64,000 bases of DNA, from the NCBI GenBank assembly GCA_018970465.1, contig JAGWWI010000001.1, forward strand, positions 3,430 through 67,429. The letters are read 5' to 3'. The notes under the pieces were generated by a model. The model was given only the letters and a program-made list of their open reading frames with translations, did not search any database and was not told the DNA's origin. The DNA is from Patescibacteria group bacterium. GTDB lineage: Bacteria > Patescibacteriota > Minisyncoccia > Phycocordibacterales > Phycocordibacteraceae. Of this stretch, positions 45,864 to 56,972 are shown one piece after another. Positions within the stretch are counted from its first letter, which is position 1. Every line of letters starts with the position of its first letter. Both the position numbers and the translations under genes were made by a program.

Positions 45864-47948
45864 ATGATTACGCACCGCGCTCATTTCGCGCACCAACTAG
45901 TTAGATTTTCGAAGAGATACCCCGTATCCCTATCGGCGGCTGGTATCGCCGTACTCGTGCTAGTCGGAAGCCTTGTTTTTACTGGACGTGCTCCCGCACG
46001 CGCACCTCTCACGCTCGCTCCCACCCGGGTCGGCCTCGGCGAGGGCGTCCCCGCCTGCTATAGCAGCACCGGACCAACTTGCGACGGCAGCGGCAATACG
46101 GCTATACCATTTAACTGGGATGAGTGCGGCGGACAGTCGTTCAATGTCGAAGTCGATTTCTATCACTACGACAACAACACTTTCGGCAGCGCGATATTTC
46201 AGCAAACCGAGCCATGTTCGGGAGGTTTTAATCTCATTCAACCCACTACTCCCGGGCAGCAATATATCGCGACAGTAAGCTATCCGGCGGGCCAGCCGGG
46301 GAGTCAGGTGTGCCCGGTAGGGCGCTCGGCCGCCTGCCTTGACTCCTACGTGTTCAGCGCGCCGAACCCCGCGTGCCCCGCGTCCGCGCCGCCGAGCTGT
46401 TCGATGTCCTTCAGCCCCTCGACGACGGGAGTGAACGAGAACAGCACATTCTCCTGGTCGACCGCGAACGCCACTTACTTTACGACCGACGTGTATGGAA
46501 ATCTTCCACTCTCAGGCTCCTTCGCGGGTGCCCACAGCGGCCAAACCCTCACGATCCACGGCACGGTGACTGGCGCCGGCGGGTCGAGCACCTGTAGCGC
46601 GACACTCACGGTTGTGCCGCCTGCGGCCATTTCCGGCACCATCACCGCGACCTCCTGTACCATCCCGGCTGGGCAAGGGAGCTGCGGCATAGCCGACAGC
46701 TGGGCCGCGCAGAACACGCAGTACACCGACGGGCAGCCTCTGACCCAGGTCAATGTCTACCAGAACGGCAGTCTCTACGGCGGCGCAGCGCAGCAGGGCT
46801 ACAACTGGACCAATACGCGCTCGAACAGCGGCTCCTATACCTTCACCCTCCCGCCCGGCACCTACGATATGGCGCTCTACGGCTATAGCGGCTCGACCGC
46901 CGTCGAGCTCGACGACAAGACCGCGACTGCCGCCTGTGCCGCCGGCACCAACTGGGACCCAGGAAGCAGCACCTGCAAGGCGCAACAACAAGTGCCGAAT
47001 GGCGGGAACGTCACCGGGAACTTCGAATCGGCCAATTGCTCCGCGCTCACTGGATGGGCGTTCGACGGCAACAGTTCGAGCGCCTCGATCGACGTACAGG
47101 TTTATACGCAGGGCAGCTGCGGCGTCGGCTGCAGCTGCATCGGGGCCTGCAACTACATCGGCCAATATTCGACTGACGTCTACCGTGGCGACGTCAACAG
47201 CGCCTTCGGCATTAGCGGCAACCACGGCTTCTCGATCCCGCTCCCGGACGCGTTCAAGGATGGGGGGACGTATCAGGTGAACGTCTACGGCGTCGCCGCC
47301 GATAACTCGGGCAGGCGCTCGATCGGTAACGATCCGCTCACGGTAAGCGGCTGCACCGTGCCGCCGACCGTATCGCTCACGGCCGATGGACAGAGCTCTC
47401 TCGCGCTCACCTCGCCGGGCCAGAATTACACGCTCGCGTGGAGCTCGGCCCACGCGACCTCCTGCACCATGACCGACAACCGGACCGACGGCTACCCGGA
47501 CGACGCGCCCTGGAACGCCGGCCTCTCGGGCTCCGCGCAGTCCGGCCTCCTCGGGAGCTACACCTATACGTGCACCGGCCCGGGCGGGAGCGCATCGGCG
47601 ACGGCAACGATAACCGGGAGCAGCAACTCTCCGAACGGCGGCGGAGGCGGCAATAGCTGCGGCGCGCCCTCGGCGACCATTAGCGCGACGCCGAGCCGCA
47701 TCTCGGGCTCCTCGGGCCAGGCGCAGATCTCCTGGAGCGGCTCCGGCGTCTCGAGCTCCTGCGTGGTCACGGCGAACGGCGCAACTATCAAGACGGATAC
47801 GGCCTCGAGCTGCGCTGTGGCGCCTGACCAGCTCACGGAGACCGTGAGCCAGCAGACCAAGTACTGCATCTCCTGCGACGGCGCGACCTCGGGCGACGGC
47901 TACAAGTGCGTCCTCGTGAACGTCGGCAACCAGTTCATCCACTTCTAG
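45864..47948 (+). CDS. large Cys-rich modular surface protein (Ig-like modules)
   Basis: N-terminal TM; repeated L.WS..A.SC and Y...C.GPGG modules. Confidence 0.8.
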   Translation: MITHRAHFAHQLVRFSKRYPVSLSAAGIAVLVLVGSLVFTGRAPARAPLTLAPTRVGLGEGVPACYSSTGPTCDGSGNTAIPFNWDECGGQSFNVEVDFYHYDNNTFGSAIFQQTEPCSGGFNLIQPTTPGQQYIATVSYPAGQPGSQVCPVGRSAACLDSYVFSAPNPACPASAPPSCSMSFSPSTTGVNENSTFSWSTANATYFTTDVYGNLPLSGSFAGAHSGQTLTIHGTVTGAGGSSTCSATLTVVPPAAISGTITATSCTIPAGQGSCGIADSWAAQNTQYTDGQPLTQVNVYQNGSLYGGAAQQGYNWTNTRSNSGSYTFTLPPGTYDMALYGYSGSTAVELDDKTATAACAAGTNWDPGSSTCKAQQQVPNGGNVTGNFESANCSALTGWAFDGNSSSASIDVQVYTQGSCGVGCSCIGACNYIGQYSTDVYRGDVNSAFGISGNHGFSIPLPDAFKDGGTYQVNVYGVAADNSGRRSIGNDPLTVSGCTVPPTVSLTADGQSSLALTSPGQNYTLAWSSAHATSCTMTDNRTDGYPDDAPWNAGLSGSAQSGLLGSYTYTCTGPGGSASATATITGSSNSPNGGGGGNSCGAPSATISATPSRISGSSGQAQISWSGSGVSSSCVVTANGATIKTDTASSCAVAPDQLTETVSQQTKYCISCDGATSGDGYKCVLVNVGNQFIHF

Positions 47949-47992
47949 CTCCCGTTTGCGCCGCGCCTTCGCGCGTGGTATCCTCCGGCCTA

Positions 47993-48241
47993 ATGAAGAA
48001 GGACATCCATCCGGCAGGCTACCGCCCGGTCGTCTTCGAAGATCTCGCCTCCGGCGAGCGCTTCGTGATCGGCTCCACGATCCGCGCCGCCGAGACGGTC
48101 ACCGAGGGCGGCGTCGAATACCCGAAGGTCGCGGTCGAAATCTCTTCCAAGAGCCACCCCTTCTACACGGGCGAGGACCGCGTCCTCGACAAGGCCGGCC
48201 GCGTCGAGAAGTTCAAGGCGCGCGCCGCTAAGAAGAAGTAA
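47993..48241 (+). CDS. rpmE: 50S ribosomal protein L31, type B
   Basis: [32 protein letters not shown]. Confidence 0.95.
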   Translation: MKKDIHPAGYRPVVFEDLASGERFVIGSTIRAAETVTEGGVEYPKVAVEISSKSHPFYTGEDRVLDKAGRVEKFKARAAKKK

Positions 48242-48316
48242 ACAGTAGACAGAAACCAGTACACAGGACAGTGCCAATGAGCAGCTGTCTGCTGTAGACT
48301 GTGTGCTGTCAACTGC
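48242..48316. repeat. inverted array of ~7-nt repeats (ACAG.../CTGT...)
   Basis: acagtag acagaaa ccagtac acagg acagtg ... ctgtctg ctgtaga ctgtgtg ctgtcaa ctgc. Confidence 0.7.
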
Positions 48317-48317
48317 T

Positions 48318-49271
<954 letters not shown>

Positions 49272-49313
49272 CGGCTTGCCGAGCGCGGCCCGCTAAGGTA
49301 CAGTACGCCAATC

Positions 49314-50012
49314 ATGGCAGCAGCCACCGGAGCAGACGTCGAGCGCCTCTTCAACGCGGGGGCGCATTTCGCGCAGGCCAAGAGCCGCCGCCACCCCTCG
49401 ATGAAGCCCTACCTCGCGGGCGCCAAGGGCCGCCAGGGGATCATCGACCTCGCGCAGACCGAGGCGCAGCTCGAGGCCGCGAAGGGCGCGCTCGCGACCC
49501 TCGCGCGGGAGGGGAAGACCGCGCTCTTCGTCGGCGGCAAGACGGAGATCGCGGGCGAAGTGTCCGCTATCGCGAAGCGCCTCGGCGCTCCGTACGTCGC
49601 CGGCCGCTGGCTCGGCGGCACGATCAGTAATTGGCCCGAGATCAAGAAGCGCGTCGACCGACTCGCGACCCTCGCCGAGGAGCGCGCCTCGGGCGCCGCG
49701 AGCCGCGCCGGCCGGACGAAGCTCGAGCTCGTCCTCCTCGAGCGCGAGGAGAAGCGGCTCGCCGAGCGCCTCGGCGGCCTCGTCTCGCTCGCGAAGCGCC
49801 CCGACGCGCTCGTCGTCGTCGACACGCGCCACGAGAAGCACGCGGTCAAGGAGGCGAAGGACGCGGGCATCCCGATCGTCGCCATCATGAGCTCGGACTG
49901 CAATATCGCCGACGCGGCGTATCCGATCGTCGCGAACGACGCCTCCCGCGAGACGGTGCGCCTCATCCTCGGCGAGCTCGCCGCCGCCTTCGAGGAGGGC
50001 CGGCGCGGCTAG
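49314..50012 (+). CDS. rpsB: 30S ribosomal protein S2
   Basis: AGAHF, HPSMKPY, IIDL, RWLGGT..NW, PIVAND. Confidence 0.95.
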   Translation: MAAATGADVERLFNAGAHFAQAKSRRHPSMKPYLAGAKGRQGIIDLAQTEAQLEAAKGALATLAREGKTALFVGGKTEIAGEVSAIAKRLGAPYVAGRWLGGTISNWPEIKKRVDRLATLAEERASGAASRAGRTKLELVLLEREEKRLAERLGGLVSLAKRPDALVVVDTRHEKHAVKEAKDAGIPIVAIMSSDCNIADAAYPIVANDASRETVRLILGELAAAFEEGRRG

Positions 50013-50133
50013 TCGGCCTCGACAGGAGCGGCGATTTTGCGCTCCTTCGGTTCCGGTCACCAGTCGCAGCAAAACCGCCGCTCCTGCCTCGGCTCTCGCC
50101 CCCAGATTTTAGTGGTACAATAGATTTCGTCAC

Positions 50134-50715
50134 ATGGAACTCACGACCGATCTCATAAAAGAATTGCGCGATAAGACCGGCGTCTCGGTCATGCAGTGCA
50201 AGAAGGCTCTGGAGGAGGCGGGCGGCGACCTCGCGCAGGCCGAGGTCATCCTCCGCAAGCGTTCTGCCGCCTCGGCGGAGAAGAAGGCCGATCGGGTCCT
50301 CGCCGCCGGCGTGATCGGCACCTACGTCCACGACGGCGCCATCGGCGCGATGGTCGTCCTCTCCTCGGAGACGGACTTCGTCGCGAAGAATCCGGAGTTC
50401 GCTGTCCTTGCGCGCGAAGTCGCGATGCAGGTGGCGGCGACCGCGCCCCTCTATGCGCGTACGGAGGACATCCCGGAGGATAAGCGCGAAGCGGCGCTCG
50501 CCGTCTTCGCCAAGGAGGTCGAGGGGAAGCCGGAGGCGATGAAGGAGCAGATCCTCGCGGGCAAGATGGCGAGCTTCTTCCGCGACCAGGTGCTCCTCGA
50601 GAGCCCGTATATCAAGGACGAAGCGAAGACGGTGCGCGACCTCTTGAACGAAGCGACGCAGAAGTTCGGCGAGCGGGTCGAAGTCTCGGCCTTCTCCCGA
50701 CTCTCCGTCCGCTAA
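50134..50715 (+). CDS. tsf: elongation factor Ts (short form)
   Basis: IKELRDKTG..VMQCKKAL.E..GD, ETDFVAKN. Confidence 0.95.
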   Translation: MELTTDLIKELRDKTGVSVMQCKKALEEAGGDLAQAEVILRKRSAASAEKKADRVLAAGVIGTYVHDGAIGAMVVLSSETDFVAKNPEFAVLAREVAMQVAATAPLYARTEDIPEDKREAALAVFAKEVEGKPEAMKEQILAGKMASFFRDQVLLESPYIKDEAKTVRDLLNEATQKFGERVEVSAFSRLSVR

Positions 50716-50718
50716 GCC

Positions 50719-51120
50719 ATGTACTTCATCGCCTTCGCGCTTCTCCTCCTCGTTGCCTACGGCGCAGTGCTCGTGGTCGAGGCGCGCCGGGGCGCGCGCT
50801 TCTTCGCGCCCTACCGCGAGGCGCTCGACCGAGCTGCTTCGCAGGCGCGATTCGTCGTGCTGCATATCGACTTCGCCTCATTCGCCCGCGAGGAGTCGGC
50901 GCGTGCCGCGCGGTATCTCATGCACGAATCCGCGCACCTCGCGCTGCAGGCCGTGCGCGCGATCGAGCGCTTCCTGACCCGGATCGTGAAGCGCCTCCGG
51001 CTCCACCCGGAGGCGCCCGTCTCGCCCGCGGGCGAATCCGCGCGCCAGTTCGTCCGCGCGCTCTCCGACCTCAAGGTGGAGCTCTCGACATCCCGGCGGG
51101 AGATGCGTGAGGTTCGCTAG
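50719..51120 (+). CDS. hypothetical membrane protein
   Basis: N-terminal TM, E..RG.RFF...R..LD motif. Confidence 0.65.
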   Translation: MYFIAFALLLLVAYGAVLVVEARRGARFFAPYREALDRAASQARFVVLHIDFASFAREESARAARYLMHESAHLALQAVRAIERFLTRIVKRLRLHPEAPVSPAGESARQFVRALSDLKVELSTSRREMREVR

Positions 51121-51121
51121 C

Positions 51122-51195
51122 GCCGCCTTAGCTCAGCTGGTTAGAGCAGCCGATTTGTAATCGGCAGGTCCTCGGTTCGAATCCGAGAGGCGGCT
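51122..51195 (+). tRNA. tRNA-Thr(UGU), CCA not encoded
   Basis: Acceptor GCCGCCT/AGGCGGC; anticodon arm gccga-ttTGTaa-tcggc; GGTTCGAATCC T-arm. Confidence 0.95.
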
Positions 51196-51866
51196 CAAGA
51201 GCCTTTCGAGGTGCTCGTCGCGAGCGCGCTCTTCGGGAAGCGCTTCTCGAGGTCGGCGAGGGTGGTGAAGCCGTAGCTCGCCTTGCCGTTAATCACGATC
51301 GCGGGGAAAGAGGGTTGAATTTTCTCGATCCCGATCAGGGTCGACAGGGCGCCCAAAGAGAGGTGATAGTCGAAGGAGTAGACCCGGAGCGCGGGGTAGG
51401 TATCGCGCAGATACGAGAGCGCGTAGCCGGCCTTGTCGCAGTCGGGGCACTCGCCCGGGGTGTTGCTGTAGAAGTAGAGCACGGTGACCGGCTTCTCGTC
51501 GCACTCCTTCGCGAGCTCCTCGGTCGCGAGGTAGTCGCGTATCTCGAGGAGGGAGTACTGCTGCTTGAGGCGGACCACCTGCGCATTCTCCGAGCCGAGC
51601 TGGTTCTCGGTGTAGGCGAGGCGGTTGCCGAGGTCGGTCAATTCGCCCGTGAGGTCGGTCGAGGATGCGGTCGACTCGCAAGGCGCGTTCGCGAGGAGGG
51701 AGAACTGCGTATCGAGGGAGAGCGTGTCAATCGAGAGCTGGTCCTCGATCGCCTGGAGGTCCGCGACGCGCTCTCGGTTGAGGTAGTCGACCGCGTAGAC
51801 GACCGTGCCGACGATGGCGCCGGTGATCGCGAGCGCGATGAGGGCGTTCCGTACGAAGAGCGGCAT
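51195..51866 (-). CDS. membrane-anchored protein with thioredoxin-like C-terminus
   Basis: LYFYS....ECPDC...GY.L..LR...LRVYSFD...P.IVING. Confidence 0.7.
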   Translation of the reverse strand: MPLFVRNALIALAITGAIVGTVVYAVDYLNRERVADLQAIEDQLSIDTLSLDTQFSLLANAPCESTASSTDLTGELTDLGNRLAYTENQLGSENAQVVRLKQQYSLLEIRDYLATEELAKECDEKPVTVLYFYSNTPGECPDCDKAGYALSYLRDTYPALRVYSFDYHLSLGALSTLIGIEKIQPSFPAIVINGKASYGFTTLADLEKRFPKSALATSTSKGS

Positions 51867-51870
51867 ACGC

Positions 51871-53133
51871 TTAGCGCCACGCGCGCTTCTTGCCGAGCGC
51901 GATATCGGCCAGAGAGCGCATCACCCAGAGGGGCGCAATGAAGCCATAGGCGATCAGGTAGGCGAGGAGGCCCTGTACGAGCGAGCCGGGCGTCTCGGAG
52001 ACGCGCTTGCCGATCGCGATCATCGTCAGCGAGCCGATGATGGTCGCGACGCCGAGCAGGATGTAGAGCGAGGAGGGGAGGTAGAACCAGTCGAAGGTGC
52101 GGGAGAGCGCCGAGGCGTGCGGGAGCCAGGCGTAGGAGGCGGGGATGCCGCTCCGGATCTCGATCGCGGCGAAGGCCCGCCGCCCGAGGAGGAAGAGCGC
52201 AAGGAGGAACATCAAGGTGCCGCTCACGTAGGTCGTGAGGTTCAGCGGGAGGACGAGCATGCCGAGGGCGCCGTAGCGGCGATTCCCCACGAGGTCGCGG
52301 TATTCGCCGCCGACGTTCCGCATGAAGCCCGTCGTCCAGCGTACGCGCTGCTTGAGGAGCTTGCGCAAGGTCGGCGGGCCCTTGGTGTAGACCTTGGCGC
52401 GCGGGGCGTTCTCGAGCCAGTAGCCCGCGCGCTGGAGGCGGAGCGCCATCTCGAGGTCTTCGCCCTTGTGCGCCTCGCGGAATCCGCCAAGAGCGACGAT
52501 GATCTCCCGGCGGAAGAAGGAGAACGGGCCCGGCGTCACATAGAGCCCGTTCACCGAAGCGAGCGTGTGCCGGAGCGTGATGCCGAAGATGTACTCGGCG
52601 TTCTGCATGTGCCGCAGCAGATTGTCCGGCTTGTGGACCGACATCGCGGCCGTCACCGCCGCCACCTGCTCGCTCGTGAAGCCGCTCATCACCTCGAGGA
52701 GGGCGCTCGGCTCGACGAAGGAGTCGGCGTCGAGGTACCCGACGATCTCTGCCGAGGTCAGCGCCGTGCCGGCATTCATCGCGGTGTGTTTGCCGCCGTT
52801 CTCTTTGCGGACGATCTGCACCTGCGCATTGTCCGCGAAGCGCGCCATCGCGGCGGGGGTGCCGTCGGTCGAGCCGTCGTCGACGAGGATGATCTCGAGC
52901 TTCTCCTTGGGATACTTGAGCGCGAGGAGCGACTCGACGGTGCCGGCGACCGTCGTCTCTTCGTTCCAGCAGGGGACGACGATCGCGACCGTGGGGAGGC
53001 TCGGGTCCTCGATCGAGGCAGCCTGCCGGGCGCGCGCGGAGCGCGCTGGCTTCGAGAGGAAGGTCACGAGGACGAAGCTCTCGAAGAAGAGCGCGATGAA
53101 GAGGAAGGGGTAGGCGAGGGCCTCCGGATTCAT
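51871..53133 (-). CDS. GT2 processive glycosyltransferase
   Basis: VPCWNEE, VDDGSTD, ENGGK..A.N, LDADS, EDLE, QRVRW. Confidence 0.92.
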   Translation of the reverse strand: MNPEALAYPFLFIALFFESFVLVTFLSKPARSARARQAASIEDPSLPTVAIVVPCWNEETTVAGTVESLLALKYPKEKLEIILVDDGSTDGTPAAMARFADNAQVQIVRKENGGKHTAMNAGTALTSAEIVGYLDADSFVEPSALLEVMSGFTSEQVAAVTAAMSVHKPDNLLRHMQNAEYIFGITLRHTLASVNGLYVTPGPFSFFRREIIVALGGFREAHKGEDLEMALRLQRAGYWLENAPRAKVYTKGPPTLRKLLKQRVRWTTGFMRNVGGEYRDLVGNRRYGALGMLVLPLNLTTYVSGTLMFLLALFLLGRRAFAAIEIRSGIPASYAWLPHASALSRTFDWFYLPSSLYILLGVATIIGSLTMIAIGKRVSETPGSLVQGLLAYLIAYGFIAPLWVMRSLADIALGKKRAWR

Positions 53134-53170
53134 GGCGCAGACTATACCATTTTGCTATGCTGAATGCGAC

Positions 53171-53935
53171 ATGAACGAGGCGGCCAAACCGACAGGGCGT
53201 CTGCACCCGATGACGGTCGCGATCCGCGACATTGCCGCCATCTTCGGCCGCATGGGCTTCGGCGTCGCCTATGGCCCTGAGCTCGAGGACGACTGGCACA
53301 ACTTCACCGCGCTCAATGTCCCCGAGGATCACCCCGCGCGCGACATGCAAGACACCTTCTGGACGGACGAGCGGCCGCCCCGGGTGCCGCGTACGCATAT
53401 GACCGCGGTCACCGCGCGCGAGCTCGAGCGTATGGCGCGCGAAGGGCTCGAGGAGCTCCGCATGATCGCGCCGGGCAAGGTCTTCCGCAACGAGGCGACC
53501 GACGTGACGCACGAGGCGCAGTTCTTCCAGCTCGACGGGTTCGCGGTCGGCCCCACGGGCGCGGTGACGCTCGCGCACCTCAAAGACACGCTCGAGCGCT
53601 TCTATCGCGAATATCTCGGGCCGCAGTCGAAGGTGCGCTTCCGGCCCTCCTTCTTCGGCTTCACCGAGCCCTCGGTCGAGGTGGATGCGTGGTACGAGGC
53701 GCCGGGCAAGGAGGGCCGCTGGCTCGAGATGAATGGCGGCGGCATGCTCCACCCGAAGGTGATCGCCGACGCCGGGCTCGACCCGGAGCAGGTTGCCGGG
53801 TTCGCCTTCGGCGGCGGCATCGAGCGGATGATCATGGTGAAGTACGGCATCCCGGACGTGCGGCTCTTCCACAACGGCGATGCGCGGTTCGTCTATGCCT
53901 TCGACGCCCAATCTATGGATGTCGGACGTCCATAA
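53171..53935 (+). CDS. pheS: phenylalanine-tRNA ligase alpha subunit (lacks N-terminal coiled coil)
   Basis: GRLHP, NF.ALN.P.DHPARDMQDTF, FRNEATD.THEAQF.Q, RFRPSFF.FTEPS. Confidence 0.95.
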   Translation: MNEAAKPTGRLHPMTVAIRDIAAIFGRMGFGVAYGPELEDDWHNFTALNVPEDHPARDMQDTFWTDERPPRVPRTHMTAVTARELERMAREGLEELRMIAPGKVFRNEATDVTHEAQFFQLDGFAVGPTGAVTLAHLKDTLERFYREYLGPQSKVRFRPSFFGFTEPSVEVDAWYEAPGKEGRWLEMNGGGMLHPKVIADAGLDPEQVAGFAFGGGIERMIMVKYGIPDVRLFHNGDARFVYAFDAQSMDVGRP

Positions 53936-53938
53936 TCT

Positions 53939-55750
53939 ATGAAAGCTTCGCGCAAATGGCTGCAGAAATATTTTGACGATGCGCTGCCGGAGGGGCAGGC
54001 ACTCGCCGACGCGTTCACCTTCCACTCGTTCGAGGTGGAGGAGATGGTGGGCGACCTTATCGACCTCAAGGTCTTGCCCGACCGCGCGGGCTACGCGCTC
54101 TCGCATCGCGGCGTCGCCTCGGAGCTCGCAGCCGCACTCGATCGGCCCCTGCGGCACGACCCCTTGCGCGAGCCGCTCCCAAGTCGGGACGTCGTACGTC
54201 CCGACATGCTTGCGGTCGAGATCGAGGAGCCGGAGAAGTGCGCGCGGTACATGGCCGCCCTCGTGAAGGGTGTGAAGGTCGGACCTTCACCAGACTGGCT
54301 TCGTGCGGCGCTCGAGAGTGTCGGCCAGCGCTCGATCAACAACGTCGTCGACGCGACCAACTACGTGATGCTCGACATCGGGCAACCCTTGCACGCGTTT
54401 GACGCGAAGAAACTGGTAGAGAAAGACGGGAAGTATGCGATCGGCGTGCGTGCCGCGAAGGCGGGCGAGCAGATCACGACTCTTACCGGCGACGAATACG
54501 CGCTCACGCCCGAGCGCACGGTCATCGCGGACATGCACGCCGGCCGGGCGCTCGCGATCGCGGGGGTGAAGGGCGGCAAGGCTGCGGAGGTCGATGCGGA
54601 GACGACGGACATCATCGTCGAATCGGCGAACTTCGACGGCACCTCGGTGCGCTGGACGGCGCAGGCGCTCCGACTCCACACCGAGGCCTCCGCGCGCTTC
54701 CAGAATCATCCGTCGCCCGAGCTCGCGGCGTATGGCATGCACGACGTGCTGAAACTGATTGCCGAGGTTGCGGGCGGCGAAGTCGCGGGCGTGGTCGATG
54801 CATACCCCGGCAAGCCCGCGCCGCGACAGGTATCGACCACACTCGCGCGCGTGAGCGGCCTTCTCGGCTCGCGGTTCGCGGCGGCGCAAGTCGAAGACGT
54901 CTGGCGGCGGCTCGCGCTCCCGTATGAGCGCGCGGGCGAAGGCGGCTGGACGATCACGCCGCCCTTCGAGCGCACCGACCTCGTGATCCCGGAGGACCTC
55001 GCCGAGGAGGTCGGGCGCGTGCTGGGCTACGACACAATCGACCCCGTCGAGCTCCCGCCGCCTGCGGGCGAGCCGGATCAGAATCGCTTCAGGGGCATCG
55101 AACGGATGAAGGATCAGCTCGTCGAACAGGGCTTCACCGAGGTCTCGACGCAGTCGTTCGTCAAGAAGGGCGACATCAGGCTCGCGAACCCGCTCGACAA
55201 GACGCGCCCCGTGCTCCGCATCTCGCTCGAAGAGACGCTCGGTGAAGCGCTGAAGAAGGCGAAGCAGTATGCACCTCTCTTCCTCCCGCCAGGCGAGAAG
55301 CCGAGGCTCTTCGAGGTCGGCTCCGTCTTCCCGATGCTTGGCGAATACCTCGAGCTCCGCATGACCGAAGCGGCACGGGAAGGGGTCCCGACGCACGACA
55401 ACCTCACCGTCGCGAAGCTCGAGGACTACGGCGCAGGTTACGACCCGAAGCGGTACGAGCTTTCCGAATATCACCCATTTTCGCAGTATCCCTTCGTCCT
55501 GCGCGACATCGCTGCCTGGAGCCCGGCAGGGCAGGACGCCGATTCGACGATCGCGTTGATCCAAAAAGAAGCGGGCGAACTCCTCCGTCGCATCGACCTC
55601 TTCGATTCTTTCACGAAAGGCGAGCGCACCTCCTACGCCTTCCGCCTCGTGTTCGAATCCATGGACCGCACCCTCACCGACGAAGAGGTGAACGGCGTCA
55701 TGGAGCGCGTCGCAATAGCCCTCGGGGCCAAGGGCTACGAGATCCGCTAA
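53939..55750 (+). CDS. pheT: phenylalanine-tRNA ligase beta subunit (shortened)
   Basis: SINNVVDATNYVMLDIGQPLHAFD, DL.EEVGR..GY, FESMDRTLTDEEV. Confidence 0.93.
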   Translation: MKASRKWLQKYFDDALPEGQALADAFTFHSFEVEEMVGDLIDLKVLPDRAGYALSHRGVASELAAALDRPLRHDPLREPLPSRDVVRPDMLAVEIEEPEKCARYMAALVKGVKVGPSPDWLRAALESVGQRSINNVVDATNYVMLDIGQPLHAFDAKKLVEKDGKYAIGVRAAKAGEQITTLTGDEYALTPERTVIADMHAGRALAIAGVKGGKAAEVDAETTDIIVESANFDGTSVRWTAQALRLHTEASARFQNHPSPELAAYGMHDVLKLIAEVAGGEVAGVVDAYPGKPAPRQVSTTLARVSGLLGSRFAAAQVEDVWRRLALPYERAGEGGWTITPPFERTDLVIPEDLAEEVGRVLGYDTIDPVELPPPAGEPDQNRFRGIERMKDQLVEQGFTEVSTQSFVKKGDIRLANPLDKTRPVLRISLEETLGEALKKAKQYAPLFLPPGEKPRLFEVGSVFPMLGEYLELRMTEAAREGVPTHDNLTVAKLEDYGAGYDPKRYELSEYHPFSQYPFVLRDIAAWSPAGQDADSTIALIQKEAGELLRRIDLFDSFTKGERTSYAFRLVFESMDRTLTDEEVNGVMERVAIALGAKGYEIR

Positions 55751-55767
55751 GTAGGGGCCGCGGCCGC

Positions 55768-56295
55768 CTACCGCTCGGAAAATTCCCAGCGGTCACCCGC
55801 CCGGGCGAGGCGTGCTATAGCGCTGCCTCCCGAGCCCTGCTCGAGGGACTCGATCACGTCCGCGCGCGCGGCGTCGACGCCGGCGAGGATGAGGTGCCAG
55901 TCGGCCTGCCCGGCGAGCGCCGCGGCGGACGCAGGGCTCGCGAGATCCGGGACGACGAGCGCATACGGGTCCTGGCGGATGGCGAGGCGGAGCGCGGCAG
56001 AGAGGGCCTCATCTCCCGCACTCGGGTCAACCGGATACAAGAGCGCGCCCGCGACCGGCTCGCGCTCCGCGGCGTCGAGGATACAGACCGGGACCGCGGC
56101 CGCGTGCAGAGCGCCCTGGCCCGAGCGAGGCCCGACCCGCTCGACGAGCGCGCGGGCGAGCGCGTACATGAGGCTCGTGCGCTCCTCGGGCACCGCGCTC
56201 GTCACGATCACGACCCCGGTGCCGGTGTCGAGGCGGCGGAGCACCGCTCCGGCTGCCTCCGGGCCCATGAATGTCGCGAGCGTTTCGTCCGTCAT
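55768..56295 (-). CDS. degenerate PilB/PilT/GspE-like ATPase domain protein
   Basis: GVVIVTS......TSLMYAL and LRLAIRQDPYALVV resemble G.ILVTGPTGSGKTTTLYA and LR..LRQDPD.I.V. Confidence 0.55.
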   Translation of the reverse strand: MTDETLATFMGPEAAGAVLRRLDTGTGVVIVTSAVPEERTSLMYALARALVERVGPRSGQGALHAAAVPVCILDAAEREPVAGALLYPVDPSAGDEALSAALRLAIRQDPYALVVPDLASPASAAALAGQADWHLILAGVDAARADVIESLEQGSGGSAIARLARAGDRWEFSER

Positions 56296-56385
56296 GGGGC
56301 CAGCATACCATGGCGGAGCATCGCTCGATCTGTTGCTGACGGACAAGAAACGGAACCGGCGCGCCAGAGGCGCGCCGGGTGCGGG

Positions 56386-56865
56386 CTAGGGCGGAACATG
56401 TGTGGGTGGGACCTGCCGGACGGCCTTGAGAAGCTCGCCGACTTTGCCGGCCCGCTTGGCATCCCAGTCGAACCCGGGCTGACGACCAGCGATGAGCATC
56501 ATCTGCTCGACCTTCACAAAGACCCTGGGGTTCCGCAGGTGTCGGTTCGCCATCGCGATCAGCTGCGGTACGGCTTCTGGCGATGCGTCGAAATCTATGG
56601 CCGCGAGCGTGTCGTTCAGTGCGGAACGAGCGCTCCAAATGAGCTGGATATCCGCCTTGAGTTTGGGGAACGGATATTCCTCTTCGGAGCGGAGCATTTC
56701 GCTCCCCCAGCTCGGTTGAAGATACATATCGTGACTAAACCCGCGGCCGATCCTCACTAGGCGGCCTCTGTATGCGTACGAGTACGATCGCGAGCCGTCG
56801 GCGTGCTTGACGGTGATGATGGCCCGCTTGAGCTGCGGACTTACTTCCGCGATGACCTGCGCCAT
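56386..56865 (-). CDS. hypothetical protein
   Basis: AGGAG SD motif before ATG 56865; 159 aa. Confidence 0.5.
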   Translation of the reverse strand: MAQVIAEVSPQLKRAIITVKHADGSRSYSYAYRGRLVRIGRGFSHDMYLQPSWGSEMLRSEEEYPFPKLKADIQLIWSARSALNDTLAAIDFDASPEAVPQLIAMANRHLRNPRVFVKVEQMMLIAGRQPGFDWDAKRAGKVGELLKAVRQVPPTHVPP

Positions 56866-56972
56866 GGCTTTCTCCTGGTTGCGTCTAGAGACAGTATGAC
56901 CCATTTTGCGAGAAATACAACCGTCTCTGCTTCAGAATTGCCTCGATCCGTGCTATACTTTTTGTATCGAAT

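Noticed and set aside
51122-51195. tRNA-Thr as an integration site
   Set aside because: No duplicated tRNA 3' end or integrase seen in the window
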